A DNA stretch of 52,705 nt from a virus (taxonomy: Duplodnaviria; Heunggongvirae; Uroviricota; Caudoviricetes). The position numbers were made by a program, and so were the translations under genes. Shown here piece by piece: positions 1 to 9,475 of this stretch. The stretch lies in IMG/VR virus record IMGVR_UViG_3300035042_000139. One strand, written 5' to 3'. Each line of letters starts with the position of its first letter. The first letter of the stretch is position 1. The notes under the pieces were generated by a model. That model ran no database searches. It was not told the origin of the DNA and worked only from the letters and a program-made list of their open reading frames with translations.

Positions 1-148
1 ATTGTTTGTTTTTATTATTTATCATTCAGGATAAGATGTTTTGGACTGGCCCGGCCGGCTCAGCTTAAATTGGTAAATTATTACATTAAAATTTAGTAAT
101 TTTAAGCTTGTTTTTTTCTTAAGTTTTTAAATAAAATTAACTTATTTT

Positions 149-177
149 TTGCAATATGTTGTTTAGTGTTGTATAAT
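149..177 (+). promoter_or_regulatory. sigma70/sigmaA-type promoter
   Basis: TTGCAA(149-154), 17 bp spacer, TATAAT(172-177), upstream of the first gene run. Confidence 0.75.
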
Positions 178-224
178 AAAGTAATCAAAGTGAGGAGAAT
201 TAAAAATTAAGTGGGGGTAATTAA

Positions 225-557
225 ATGAAAATTTATACATCACGCATAGGAACTGAGGGTTTAGATATAACAGTTAAGTCAGGAGATAAGGTATTTGCAC
301 CTTCCTGGGAGATAGTTTTAGGTTTAAAAGATGGTAAGATAACCTGGCAACAATATGTTGAAAGGTATACTAAATTAATGAGAAAAAGTTATAAAAATAA
401 TACTAAAAGATGGATGGAGGTTATTAATCAAGACAAGGTAATCCTATTATGTTATTGTGCTAACCCTGATAGGTGTCACAGAAGTTTATTAAAAGATATG
501 TTAATAAAAGTTGCCGAATTTAACGGGATTGAAGCTGAATATTTAGGAGAAATATAA
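225..557 (+). CDS. DUF488-like protein
   Basis: N-terminal IYTS, FAPSWE, and LLCYC...CHR motif typical of the DUF488 family; adjacent to NADAR. Confidence 0.65.
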   Translation: MKIYTSRIGTEGLDITVKSGDKVFAPSWEIVLGLKDGKITWQQYVERYTKLMRKSYKNNTKRWMEVINQDKVILLCYCANPDRCHRSLLKDMLIKVAEFNGIEAEYLGEI

Positions 558-607
558 AATAGAGGAGCTAAGTATAAGAAGGATATTATAAAATAAGGAG
601 TGGTTTT

Positions 608-1051
608 ATGCCAGATAAAATTGAGGAATTTCGGAATGAGTACTATTTCTTAAGCAACTTCAGCGACCACGGGTTTGAGTATGAGGGTATTTATTATCCT
701 ACAAATGAACACTTTTTTCAGGCTATGAAGACTTTAGATAATAAGAAGCGTAAAAATATTGCCTCTGCCGTAACTCCTTCCAAGGCTAAAAAGCTCGGCC
801 GCAGGGTTAATTTAAGAAAAGGCTGGAATAAAAAAAGACATAAAGTTATGAAAAGAGGTTTATACGAAAAGTTTGCCCAGAATCCAGCCCTGATTGACAG
901 GCTTTTAGCTACAGGCGAGGCTAAACTTGTAGAAGGAAATACCTGGGGTGATAATTATTGGGGTAATGACTTCAGAACTAAAAAAGAAGGCAAAAACTAT
1001 CTCGGTAAGTATCTAATGCAGTTAAGAAAGTATTTTAGAGAGGAGAAATAA
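608..1051 (+). CDS. NADAR (YbiA/DUF1768) family ADP-ribose-processing protein
   Basis: FLSNF, YPTNEHFFQAMK, AKKLGR, KFAQNP, LLATG, LVEGNTWGDNYWG, GKNYLG motifs. Confidence 0.92.
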   Translation: MPDKIEEFRNEYYFLSNFSDHGFEYEGIYYPTNEHFFQAMKTLDNKKRKNIASAVTPSKAKKLGRRVNLRKGWNKKRHKVMKRGLYEKFAQNPALIDRLLATGEAKLVEGNTWGDNYWGNDFRTKKEGKNYLGKYLMQLRKYFREEK

Positions 1052-1052
1052 G

Positions 1053-1118
1053 ATGTTACTTTATGCAGGAGTTGGAAGTAGAAAAACACCGTTAGGGGGC
1101 TATTATGAGCTATATTAA
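1053..1118 (+). pseudogene. N-terminal remnant of a SLOG/DprA-like phage protein
   Basis: MLLYAGVGSRKTP then runs into the RBS of the next gene and stops at codon 22; YAG(I/V)GSR.TP is the N-terminal signature of phage SLOG-family proteins. Confidence 0.6.
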
Positions 1119-2359
1119 ATTAAAAGAAGAAATCTTTGAAATTGATGGAATGTATAAAGTAAAAGGTTATTCATTTGGTAATTACTGGAACGGATTTGAT
1201 TGTCCATTTTTTACTGAAGATGTAGCAACAGCTATTTTGGAAGAAACTTTGGACGCTGATTTAACTCAGGATTATTTTTTATCTTATGAATATGATGAAG
1301 AAAAAGATATGTTTATTTTAGAAACAAGAAATATCGATTTAGAATTCGAGGCTATATATATAGAAACAGAAGCTGGTAAAAGAATTGCGCTTTATCCTAT
1401 AGGTAGTTGGATATGGTGCTGGAGTAAGTCTGAAAAACAACCAGATAATCCCAATGTAATTAAAGCAAGGAGGCTGTAAAAATGATAAAGAAAGGTCATA
1501 AAGTAAAGATTGATGTTCTGGCACATAAGATGGCTAAGTTGTTATCTGATTATTATTACGATAGTGATACGGCTATATATTTTAACGGCAAAAGATTGCA
1601 GTGCTTTACTACTAATGATAGAGGGGGCTGGATAAAAGAAGAAGGTTTTAAAGGCTCTGACTATTGTGACTATGCTAATGATGAATCCATCACGATGACT
1701 TTTGAGGGGTGTGGCTCAATATATGATGTAATTAACGGTTACAGCCGAAATTCTAACTTTGCTGAGGCGTTTAATCAGCTTTTAGATAGATACGGTTATT
1801 ACTATGAGTTGGGCAACGCCTGGAATCTTTCACTTTATAAACTCTAGGAGGGGCAAAAATGGAATATTTTGAAACAGAAGAACACAAGCAAAGTTTATTA
1901 GATGATTTTTATAGTATTTACGAAGGCGAAGTTTATAATTTTACAGAAGATGTTTTTGAAAGAGGTGTGTTAAATGCTCATTTTGAAAACGAACATGGAG
2001 AGCTGAGGTTTTTAACTATAGCCTGTGACAAGTTTGGTAGATTTTTTAATATATCAACATTAGAAGAGGCGCAAGCTACACCAGATGTTGATTATGATAA
2101 TTTAAGATACAGCAATTTAATTATTATATCACCGTTCAAAGATTACAAAAATATACAGGAGTTTATAAAAGAACAGTCAGAAGAATTTCTTTTCAATAAA
2201 GAAGAGGGGGACTTAACAGATGTTAAAGGTTTAAGAAAATATAGTTTTGGTGTTGGATATGCAAGAAAAATTCCTGGAAGACATTTTAAAGAAACAGTTT
2301 TGTGTGAAGAACATGAAAAAGGAGCAGAAAAAGTATATTATTTAAAAATAAATGAATAG
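1105..2359 (+). CDS. three hypothetical proteins (1105-1479, 1482-1847, 1859-2359)
   Basis: Tightly packed ORFs with RBS; acidic/aromatic composition; no family recognised. Confidence 0.75.
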
Positions 2360-2370
2360 GGGGTTATTTA

Positions 2371-2808
2371 ATGAAAGCAAGAACTGGTGACCTTCTTAAA
2401 GCTGAAGAACTTGTTATTATGCACGGCTGTAACTGTCAAGGAGTTATGGGTGCTGGTGTGGCCAAGCAAATTAAGACTAAATGGCCTGTTGTATTTGAGG
2501 AATATAGTAAGTACTGTCCTGATAATAACTTGATAGGTAAAATACAAGCTGTTGATGTCGGCAGTAAGCTTATAATCAATGCTTTCACTCAAGTTTATTA
2601 TGGCAAAAAGCACAAAAGATTTAATTATAGCAAATTCAAAGAAATTGTTCGTAAAGTCAAAGATTTATGTTTAAAGTATGGTTTTAAGAAGGTCGCTATA
2701 CCCTGTATAGGTGCTGGTTTAGGTAAAGGTAGTTGGTCTAAAATTAAAAAAATATTACAGAGTTTTGAGGTTGAAGATAAGTTTGAGTTTATAGTATATT
2801 CACTATAG
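2371..2808 (+). CDS. Macro domain (ADP-ribose binding/hydrolase) protein
   Basis: GDLL, HGCNCQGVMGAGVAKQIK, NAFTQ, AIPCIGAGLGKGSW motifs. Confidence 0.92.
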   Translation: MKARTGDLLKAEELVIMHGCNCQGVMGAGVAKQIKTKWPVVFEEYSKYCPDNNLIGKIQAVDVGSKLIINAFTQVYYGKKHKRFNYSKFKEIVRKVKDLCLKYGFKKVAIPCIGAGLGKGSWSKIKKILQSFEVEDKFEFIVYSL

Positions 2809-2864
2809 CTTATATCAATCAGGAAGAATAAGTTTTTAAAATTCTAAAACAGGAGTGATTTAAA

Positions 2865-3644
2865 ATGGGAGAATTAATTGATTTAAAAAAAGTAAGACAA
2901 GATAAGTTTGGCATGGTTGAGTGTGATTTTTACGAAGACAAATACTCTGATAAAATCTATATGACAGCAGAACAGTTGGGAAGAGCTTTAGAGTATTCAA
3001 AGCCAAGAAGGGCAATAAATAATTTAATTAGTAGAAACACAAGGCTTAGAGATAAGAAATTTTCAACTGACATCAAATTGATGTCGGTTGAGGGAAGCCG
3101 TGAAGTAAAAAGAAATACCAAGGTTTTTACCGAAGACGGAATACTTGAAGTAACATTCTTATCAGGTCAGCCTAAAGCACAGGAATTTAGAGATTTTGCC
3201 AGAGAAGTAATCAAAGAATTAAGAAGGACAGGTAAGGTAGTGGTTACAAAAGAAGACTTTAGCAGTGTAGATATTTTACAGACCATGGTTGACGCACTTA
3301 GAGAACAAAATGAAAAAATGGATATTATTAAATCACGACAGGATACACATGAAAAAGAATTAAAGCAGGTATCCAGTGCTATTATGGTAGATGATACATC
3401 AACTACAAGACAGCAATTTAACCAGGCTGTTAGAGAGTATGCAGCTAAAGCTAAAATTCCTTATAAGTATGCATATAATAAAGTTTATAAAACAATTAAT
3501 AATAATCGTTGTATGAATCTTCAAGTCCGGGCCAGAAATAGAAGTATGAAAGTTATTGACTATCTACAAGAAAACAATTTATTAGAATATGCACTTAGAA
3601 TAACAATAAACTTACTTGATGAGGTTAAAAATACAGCTGTATAA
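2865..3644 (+). CDS. BRO-N domain antirepressor-like DNA-binding protein
   Basis: QLGRALEYSKPRRAI, FTEDGILEV..S.QPKAQEFRDF motifs followed by a coiled coil. Confidence 0.8.
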   Translation: MGELIDLKKVRQDKFGMVECDFYEDKYSDKIYMTAEQLGRALEYSKPRRAINNLISRNTRLRDKKFSTDIKLMSVEGSREVKRNTKVFTEDGILEVTFLSGQPKAQEFRDFAREVIKELRRTGKVVVTKEDFSSVDILQTMVDALREQNEKMDIIKSRQDTHEKELKQVSSAIMVDDTSTTRQQFNQAVREYAAKAKIPYKYAYNKVYKTINNNRCMNLQVRARNRSMKVIDYLQENNLLEYALRITINLLDEVKNTAV

Positions 3645-3656
3645 GGAGGTAAATAA

Positions 3657-4860
3657 ATGCCGATTATTGTAGGAGGAAATTTTTTAAAAGTTATACCAGA
3701 GGAGGAATTTAAGATGAAATTTAGCGAAGGAGAACCTGTTATGTTTCAAAAAAGAATGAAGGCAACTGTTGTTGCTGTAATTAAGGAGTCTGATAAACCT
3801 TATGGAATTGTCTACACTACCCCAAATAATAAGGACAGAACACTTTTCACAACAGAAGAACACCTGTCTAAAAGGAAAAATGCAACAGAACTTTCCGTGG
3901 GTGACAGGTTTAAAACAAAGAATGAAGACACTTATGAAGTTATATTCATAACAAGGGAAGAATGTAAGAATGAAACTGTATATATTGCCAGAATTATTAA
4001 AAAGCATGGAATAACAGGACCAACTTTAGACTATATTAGAAAAGTATACCCAAATGATGTCTGCCAAATAATATATTAAGGAGTGATTTTATGATTTGTA
4101 GTCTCTGTGGCAAAAGGATAATAACTGATAACTTTGATAAGAAAGAAATGACAATTTGTGATGAGTGCAGAGAGTCTAAGAAAATAAAAAAGTTAAAAAT
4201 TGAAATAAAAAAAGCCAAAGGCCAAAGAAAAGATAATGATTCAAAATGGAGAGAAGGCTATATTGAAGGTCTAACTAAGGCATTAAAAATACTTAAATAA
4301 AAGGAGGATTATTATGTCAATTCAAGAAACACAATTATTAGAAAGTGTTATCATCTCAGGGTTTTGGAATCATTTTGTGACATTCATTTTCTGTTATGCC
4401 CTGACATATCTATTCTGGGTTAAATATTTATTAGGGACAAAGACTAGTCTTAAAAAGATTACCCTAACAATTATAGGTGGGTATTTTATTTATTTAATTG
4501 TATTTGCAGTAATCCTTGTTGGTTATCAAAATATACCACCGATGAGGTCTCTATATTTTAAGACCTATACTACTAGTAGTGCAATACTAATAATAATTTT
4601 GTTACACTACAGAGAAACAAAACAAAAACAAATTTTATTAAAACAAGTATAAAGGAGGTAATATTGTGGGGTATTATTCTAATGAACGCATTTACAGAAT
4701 AAAAGAGTATATGAGACTTTCTGACCGTTCAAGACACAAAACTAAAGATATTGAGGCTGAGAAAGTTGTTGAGGTTGTTAAGGACAATAACAATCAGGAA
4801 TTAGGTAAAGTTATTAGACTTCCGGAAGGCCACTGTCATAACCCGCTTGATGAATTTTAA
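3657..4860 (+). CDS. four hypothetical proteins (3657-4079; 4091-4300 with two CxxC pairs; 4314-4652 membrane protein; 4666-4860)
   Basis: RBS-preceded consecutive ORFs; 4314-4652 has three hydrophobic segments. Confidence 0.7.
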
Positions 4861-4867
4861 AACAAAA

Positions 4868-4899
4868 TTTGTCAAATGACAAAAAAGATGTAATAATAT
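4868..4899 (+). promoter_or_regulatory. probable promoter with palindromic operator over the -35
   Basis: TTTGTCA-AA-TGACAAA inverted repeat (4868-4883) containing TTGTCA; AT-rich -10-like sequence at about 4891-4899. Confidence 0.5.
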
Positions 4900-4940
4900 A
4901 AGTTAGAATAATATTAAAATAATAAGATAGGAGGATAAAA

Positions 4941-5363
4941 ATGAATGTAAAATGGATTAAGCAAAAAAGGGCTAAAAGTTATAAGACTAAGGGTAATAAA
5001 TCATTTGTTACTATCTCAAATAAAAATACTAACAAATTATATTTTAGCTCAAAAGCAATGAAAGAATTATTAAATAATAATAAGCATGTCAAAATAGGTG
5101 TGGATAATATTAAGAAAAAGATGTATATTAAACAAACAACAGTAAATGACATCAATGCTATGAAAGTTAGGACTCCTTCTTCAAGCAATTCAGGAGTAAT
5201 CAACAGTACCAGAATAGCCAGAAAGATGGCCAAAGTCGCAGGAATAGCCAAAAATGATAAGCAAAGATATGAGCTTAAAGAAATTAAAGACGGTCTTTAT
5301 GAGGCTGATTTTACAAAGCCAATGGACGAGATGGAAGGAGAGATTATAAATGATTGGGAATAA
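4941..5363 (+). CDS. basic hypothetical protein, paralog family member
   Basis: LYFSSKA..L..HVKIG.D..KKMYIK pattern shared with 5350-5784, 19237-19590 and 51473-51883. Confidence 0.7.
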   Translation: MNVKWIKQKRAKSYKTKGNKSFVTISNKNTNKLYFSSKAMKELLNNNKHVKIGVDNIKKKMYIKQTTVNDINAMKVRTPSSSNSGVINSTRIARKMAKVAGIAKNDKQRYELKEIKDGLYEADFTKPMDEMEGEIINDWE

Positions 5364-5784
5364 TGATAATATAAACTGGATTGGAACAAGTTTAGAAGAT
5401 TATATCTCAGTAAAATTAGAAGATAAAAATTCAGTTAATTTTTATTTTACAAAAAGTTTATTGTCAATCACAGAAAAGAAATACCCTGATTTTTTTGATA
5501 AAGAAGACAATAAATATAATTTGATGGTTGGCTTTGATGAAGATAATAAAAAAATACTTTTAGGCTTAAGTAAAAAGGAAAATATTTATACATCAGCATT
5601 TACTTTAAATAGAGATGAAAACTCATTTAAAGGTAAGCCCAAAAAAATTACAAATCAAGAATTAAGAAATTTTATAGAAAACTCTGTAAAAGAAGATAAA
5701 TTTAAGCTTGTTGATTACGATTTAGAGTTAAAAGATGATGATATCATTATTACATTCTATTTAGATAGTGTAGTATATTATTAA
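5350..5784 (+). CDS. hypothetical protein, diverged paralog family member
   Basis: ISV...FYFTKSL...LMVGFDEDNKKILL. Confidence 0.65.
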   Translation: MIGNNDNINWIGTSLEDYISVKLEDKNSVNFYFTKSLLSITEKKYPDFFDKEDNKYNLMVGFDEDNKKILLGLSKKENIYTSAFTLNRDENSFKGKPKKITNQELRNFIENSVKEDKFKLVDYDLELKDDDIIITFYLDSVVYY

Positions 5785-5798
5785 AGGAGTGAGAATAA

Positions 5799-6113
5799 AT
5801 GGATTACCAAAGACTTTGGATTTTATTAAAAGAAAAATTAGAGGAAAAAAACAGCTGGGGTAAGAATATGCTTTTAAAAGAAATGAACAAAATGGAAATT
5901 AAGGAAGCTAAAAGGGAGGAATAAATTATGAACAGGCTCAGTAACGCCTTAAGAAAGTATTTTCTGAAAAAAAGTAAGCGCTTTGATGTCCTGAATGACA
6001 CTATGGATTGCATGGAAAGAGAAGATTTTGCTGATGAACTAGAAAAGGTAGCCTGGGCCGTCGCTGAAGATGACTATGAATATATTGAAGAACTCCTAAA
6101 GGAGGATTGTTAA
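5799..6113 (+). CDS. two small hypothetical proteins (5799-5924, 41 aa, not in the ORF track; 5928-6113)
   Basis: Both have an RBS (GGAG/GGAGG) and fill the gene run. Confidence 0.65.
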
Positions 6114-6495
6114 ATGTATAATATTAAATTAAAAAAAAGATGGTGATAACTACAAAGCTATAATAGAAGCTGATTTCAGCATAAATAAAATACATGAAAA
6201 AAGTAAGAATAAGATGGCTATTAACATTACTGCCAATGTTAAAAATATGCAGCAGGCATATAAGGATAAACTTAATGAAATGGCTGGAATGCTTGAATAT
6301 AATAAAAAAGAGGAGCGTGATAACTTTAATGAGGCACTTCAGGAATATGTGGACTATCATATCTTAGAAGCTTTATCGATAGAGAAAACTCCTTTAAGGA
6401 TTATCACAGATGATGAGGGTAAACCTATTGAGGTTGAGGGTTTAGAAGATGATGTTGATTATAAGTTAATTGTTGAGGAGGATAATAATGAATAG
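6114..6495 (+). pseudogene. hypothetical gene split by one extra A in an A8 tract
   Basis: GGAGG RBS then ATG 6114 MYNIKLKK; removing one A from 6131-6138 opens the frame into ORF 6214-6495, which lacks its own RBS. Confidence 0.6.
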
Positions 6496-7115
6496 CAAAA
6501 AAAAGGCTGTTGAGTTTCTAAATAATATCGGCTATGAATGTGAGTATGACAGTGAAAAAGATGATATTCATATTTGGAAACAGGTATCTCCATTTTTTAA
6601 GTTAATATATTTTGATACAAATATAAAAGCCGAGCCTGACCCTAAATTTGAATTAAATATAGGAACCATGAATTTAGATTTTGAATCACAAAAAGCTCAT
6701 ATAAAAAGACTAAACTCTTTAATTGAAGTTTTAGATAAAATAAAAGAACTTGATGAAATAAGAGTTTTATAAAGAGGTGGTAAGTTTGTTTTATGCTCAT
6801 AAATATATGGATGGAGAACATTATAAAAAGCTTGAGGAGTGGTTTGACTACCAAAGAATTTATAAGCTTATTGATTTTTATGAAAATTATGAATTAAATA
6901 ATAAAAAAGCCTGTCTTTATTATATAGGCAGGCACTCAGAAAAAGAGAAAGCCTCTTTTGATAAAATTATATCAATTTATATATATCCAACACCAGACAA
7001 TAAAGAATATAATTATATGACGACAGTTTACGACGAATTTATGGTGGATAATATATCTATAAAAAATGCTGAGAAAATAATATCATGTGTTATAGAAAAT
7101 TTGGGAGAAATTTAG
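6488..7115 (+). CDS. two hypothetical proteins (6488-6772, about 6777-7115)
   Basis: Consecutive ORFs with RBS. Confidence 0.7.
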
Positions 7116-7124
7116 TTTAAAAAC

Positions 7125-7153
7125 TTGCTTAGTTGTGTTTTGTATGATAAACT
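7125..7153 (+). promoter_or_regulatory. sigmaA-type promoter with extended -10
   Basis: TTGCTT(7125-7130), 17 bp, TG at 7145-7146, TAAACT(7148-7153). Confidence 0.6.
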
Positions 7154-7174
7154 AAATGAAGGGAGTTGAGAAGG

Positions 7175-7291
7175 GTGGGAGTAGTCTTAGGTATCGTTTT
7201 ATTTATGTCAGCGATAATTAATTTTGCTAATGGCAATATAATAATCGGTATCGTTGCTCTAATACTTGCCGGAGCTTCAGTTAGTGCCTGA
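7175..7291 (+). CDS. 38-aa two-helix membrane peptide (not in the ORF track)
   Basis: GTG start after GGGAG; MGVVLGIVLFMSAIINFANGNIIIGIVALILAGASVSA. Confidence 0.6.
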   Translation: MGVVLGIVLFMSAIINFANGNIIIGIVALILAGASVSA

Positions 7292-7303
7292 AAGGAGTCT
7301 TTT

Positions 7304-7815
7304 ATGATAAATAATTTTGGTCGCATAATTGAGTTGAGAAAAGAACTTCAGTCGGTCAGAAAAAAGATTGATATTGCTTTTAAAGAATATGAAACCGCAC
7401 CTAAAGGGAGTGGAGAGAAGTACGAGGCAGAAGTAGCTGTTATGAAATTTGGCAAAATTGCTCAGGAATTGAAGGCTAAAATTAGAATGCTTAACGAAAG
7501 AGAAAGAATAATATCTTAAGGGTGGTGGTTTATATTGATTTGATTAAAAAGGGACTTTTTAACTTTTTTTATTTTTTAGTTGGTTTCCTGACTCTTATTA
7601 CTGCTATCAGTATTTGGGGCACAATTGTAGCCGGGATTTTTGTTGTTATCGAAAAAGCTTTTAGCTTAATCTCAGGTTTAATACCTCTGTCAGGACAGAG
7701 TGTTGTGTTGGTTATAATCACAGTTTTATTTGCTTTATTTTTTGTTTATCAGCTCACAGAGATGGGCAGAGATGTTATTAAAGGCATTAAAAAATTAAAA
7801 AGGAGTGGTTTATAA
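7304..7815 (+). CDS. coiled-coil hypothetical protein (7304-7519) and membrane protein (about 7522-7815)
   Basis: RBS-preceded; the second has two long hydrophobic stretches. Confidence 0.7.
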
Positions 7816-8273
7816 TGTTAAACAGAATCGTATTAATTGGAAGGTTGACAAGAGACCCGGAGCTTCGCTACACCAGTAATGGAACTCCAGTATGTAATTT
7901 TACACTGGCGGTAGAGAGAAACTACACTAATCGTGATGGAGAAAGAGATGTGGACTTCATCAATATCGTAACATGGAGAGGTCTTGCAGAAAGCTGTAAT
8001 AAGCACCTTGGTAAAGGAAGGCTTGTAGGAGTTGATGGCTCACTTCAAATTCGTAAGAGTGAGAATAACAACAGAACCTACATTAATCCTGAAGTAAAGG
8101 CTGACAATGTTCGCTTTTTAGATTTTGGAGATAATAACGGTGGCGGAAAGTCAAACAGCAACTCAAATCAGAGCTCTTACAACAATAATAATAACTCACA
8201 GAGCCAAAACCAAAATCAAAACCAGAACCAAAGCTCACAATTTAATGATGACGACTTTGACGTACCGTTTTAG
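7815..8273 (+). CDS. ssb: single-stranded DNA-binding protein
   Basis: MLNRIVLIGRLTRDPELRYT..., N/Q-rich linker, acidic tail DDDFDVPF. Confidence 0.97.
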   Translation: MLNRIVLIGRLTRDPELRYTSNGTPVCNFTLAVERNYTNRDGERDVDFINIVTWRGLAESCNKHLGKGRLVGVDGSLQIRKSENNNRTYINPEVKADNVRFLDFGDNNGGGKSNSNSNQSSYNNNNNSQSQNQNQNQNQSSQFNDDDFDVPF

Positions 8274-8279
8274 GCAAAA

Positions 8280-8314
8280 AGGCGGGGCCTTGTGCCCTGC
8301 CTTAATTCTTTTTT
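8280..8314 (+). terminator. intrinsic terminator-like hairpin
   Basis: AGGCGGGGC-CTTGT-GCCCTGCCT flanked by an A-run and a T-rich run. Confidence 0.6.
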
Positions 8315-8328
8315 AGGAGGTAAAAAAA

Positions 8329-8838
8329 ATGAAAGAAATAGAAAAGAAATTTATTGTCAGCAAAAATTATGAGCTTCCTGCTGAATATGAAAGTTATGAT
8401 ATTATGCAAAAGTATTTACACATAGACTCTATTTCTGAAATAAGAATCAGGCAAAAGCTTCATTTCAACAAGAAAGGAAAGTTTACTAAAAAAACTCAAA
8501 AGATAACTATCAAAGAAGGTAGTGGAGATACCAGAGAAGAGACAGAAATCAGTATCTCGCCATCATTATTTGATAATCTTTGGGAGGTAAACAACAGAAG
8601 GGCTATTCATAAACTCAGGTATCTAATACCATATAAGGGTAAAATTATAGAAGTTGATGAGTTTCCTTTATATGATAACTTTCCTATTTTTGCTGAAATT
8701 GAATTTGATAGTAAGGAAGAGATGGAAAATTTTGAGTTTCCATACTGGTTTGACAGGGAGACAAAAGTAAAAAACAAGGATATTTTTATGTTTATTAACA
8801 GCTATGAGGCTGATAAAGATATAAATGACATATTGTAA
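8329..8838 (+). CDS. CYTH domain protein (triphosphate tunnel metalloenzyme)
   Basis: EIEKKF, IMQKYL, IRIR, ITIK...REETE, IHKLRY, EVDEF, AEIEF. Confidence 0.88.
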   Translation: MKEIEKKFIVSKNYELPAEYESYDIMQKYLHIDSISEIRIRQKLHFNKKGKFTKKTQKITIKEGSGDTREETEISISPSLFDNLWEVNNRRAIHKLRYLIPYKGKIIEVDEFPLYDNFPIFAEIEFDSKEEMENFEFPYWFDRETKVKNKDIFMFINSYEADKDINDIL

Positions 8839-8966
8839 TGAAGGTATGAAGTTAAGAAGCTATATTTCTAGCTCCATATATTCATATGTTCACAAGAAGC
8901 TAAACTAATATCCAAAAAATAAAAAGAGAGGAATGATAAAAGCTTAGCTAAAAGGAGGATAAAAAA

Positions 8967-9149
8967 ATGAAAAAGGCAGTTGTAATTTGCAGAACAGAGG
9001 ACAAAAAGCATCATTTAATTTTAGAAGAAGGAGAAGTTGTTAGAGTTGTAGGAAGAAGCAAAAATAAAGTAAAAGTAAATACAGAAGATGGTAAAACATT
9101 ATGGTGTAACTTCAGAAATTTAAGTGAAAAATTAGTATTTAGGGGTTAA
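8967..9149 (+). CDS. small beta-rich hypothetical protein
   Basis: Strong RBS AGGAGG; SH3-like pattern (L.EGEVVRVV...VKV..EDGK..W). Confidence 0.65.
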   Translation: MKKAVVICRTEDKKHHLILEEGEVVRVVGRSKNKVKVNTEDGKTLWCNFRNLSEKLVFRG

Positions 9150-9216
9150 GAACAAATTTAAAGGGGTTAAAAGGCCATATTTATTATGGCCAGCAATTAT
9201 ATTTATTTTATATTAC

Positions 9217-9245
9217 TTGAAAAGTGGAGTTAAGTGTGGTATAAT
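9217..9245 (+). promoter_or_regulatory. sigmaA-type promoter upstream of the RNA array
   Basis: TTGAAA(9217-9222), 17 bp, TG at 9237-9238, TATAAT(9240-9245); first RNA starts at 9265. Confidence 0.85.
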
Positions 9246-9264
9246 AAACTTAACAGATAAACAA

Positions 9265-9410
9265 GTCATTGGTGGCGGAATAAGTAGACGCTATAATGGT
9301 AAGGCATTCGGTGGGAAACATAATAACCAGAGGGGCATATGCTTATACATTTAAAAGCAGCTTTGCAACATGCGAATGTTCATGTGAGGTGTAAATCCTC
9401 ACCCATGACA
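9265..9410 (+). ncRNA. tRNA-like RNA with a large structured insert replacing the anticodon arm
   Basis: Acceptor GTCATTGG/CCCATGAC (one mismatch), Leu-type D region TGGCGGAATAAGTAGACGC, T arm TGAGG-TGTAAAT-CCTCA (non-TTC loop), insert closed by GGCATTCG/CGAATGTT. Confidence 0.7.
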
Positions 9411-9420
9411 TTATATATAT

Positions 9421-9466
9421 GCCGGTTCGGGAAACTACAGGTTAGTTACCTGCCCTGCCGGCTCCA
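9421..9466 (+). ncRNA. 46-nt hairpin RNA ending in TCCA (minihelix-like)
   Basis: GCCGGT/GCCGGC, GGG/CCC and CAGGT/ACCTG stems, 3' TCCA. Confidence 0.55.
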
Positions 9467-9475
9467 AAATTTAAA

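Noticed and set aside
8150-8240. AACCAA/AATCAA and AAT repeats
   Set aside because: They encode the ordinary low-complexity N/Q linker of SSB
9173-9196. CAGCAA after hairpin GGCCATA/TATGGCC, and CAGCAA at 9793
   Set aside because: The first lies upstream of the promoter and its C is paired; the second is inside a helix; neither fits the WAR-N7-CAGCAA geometry
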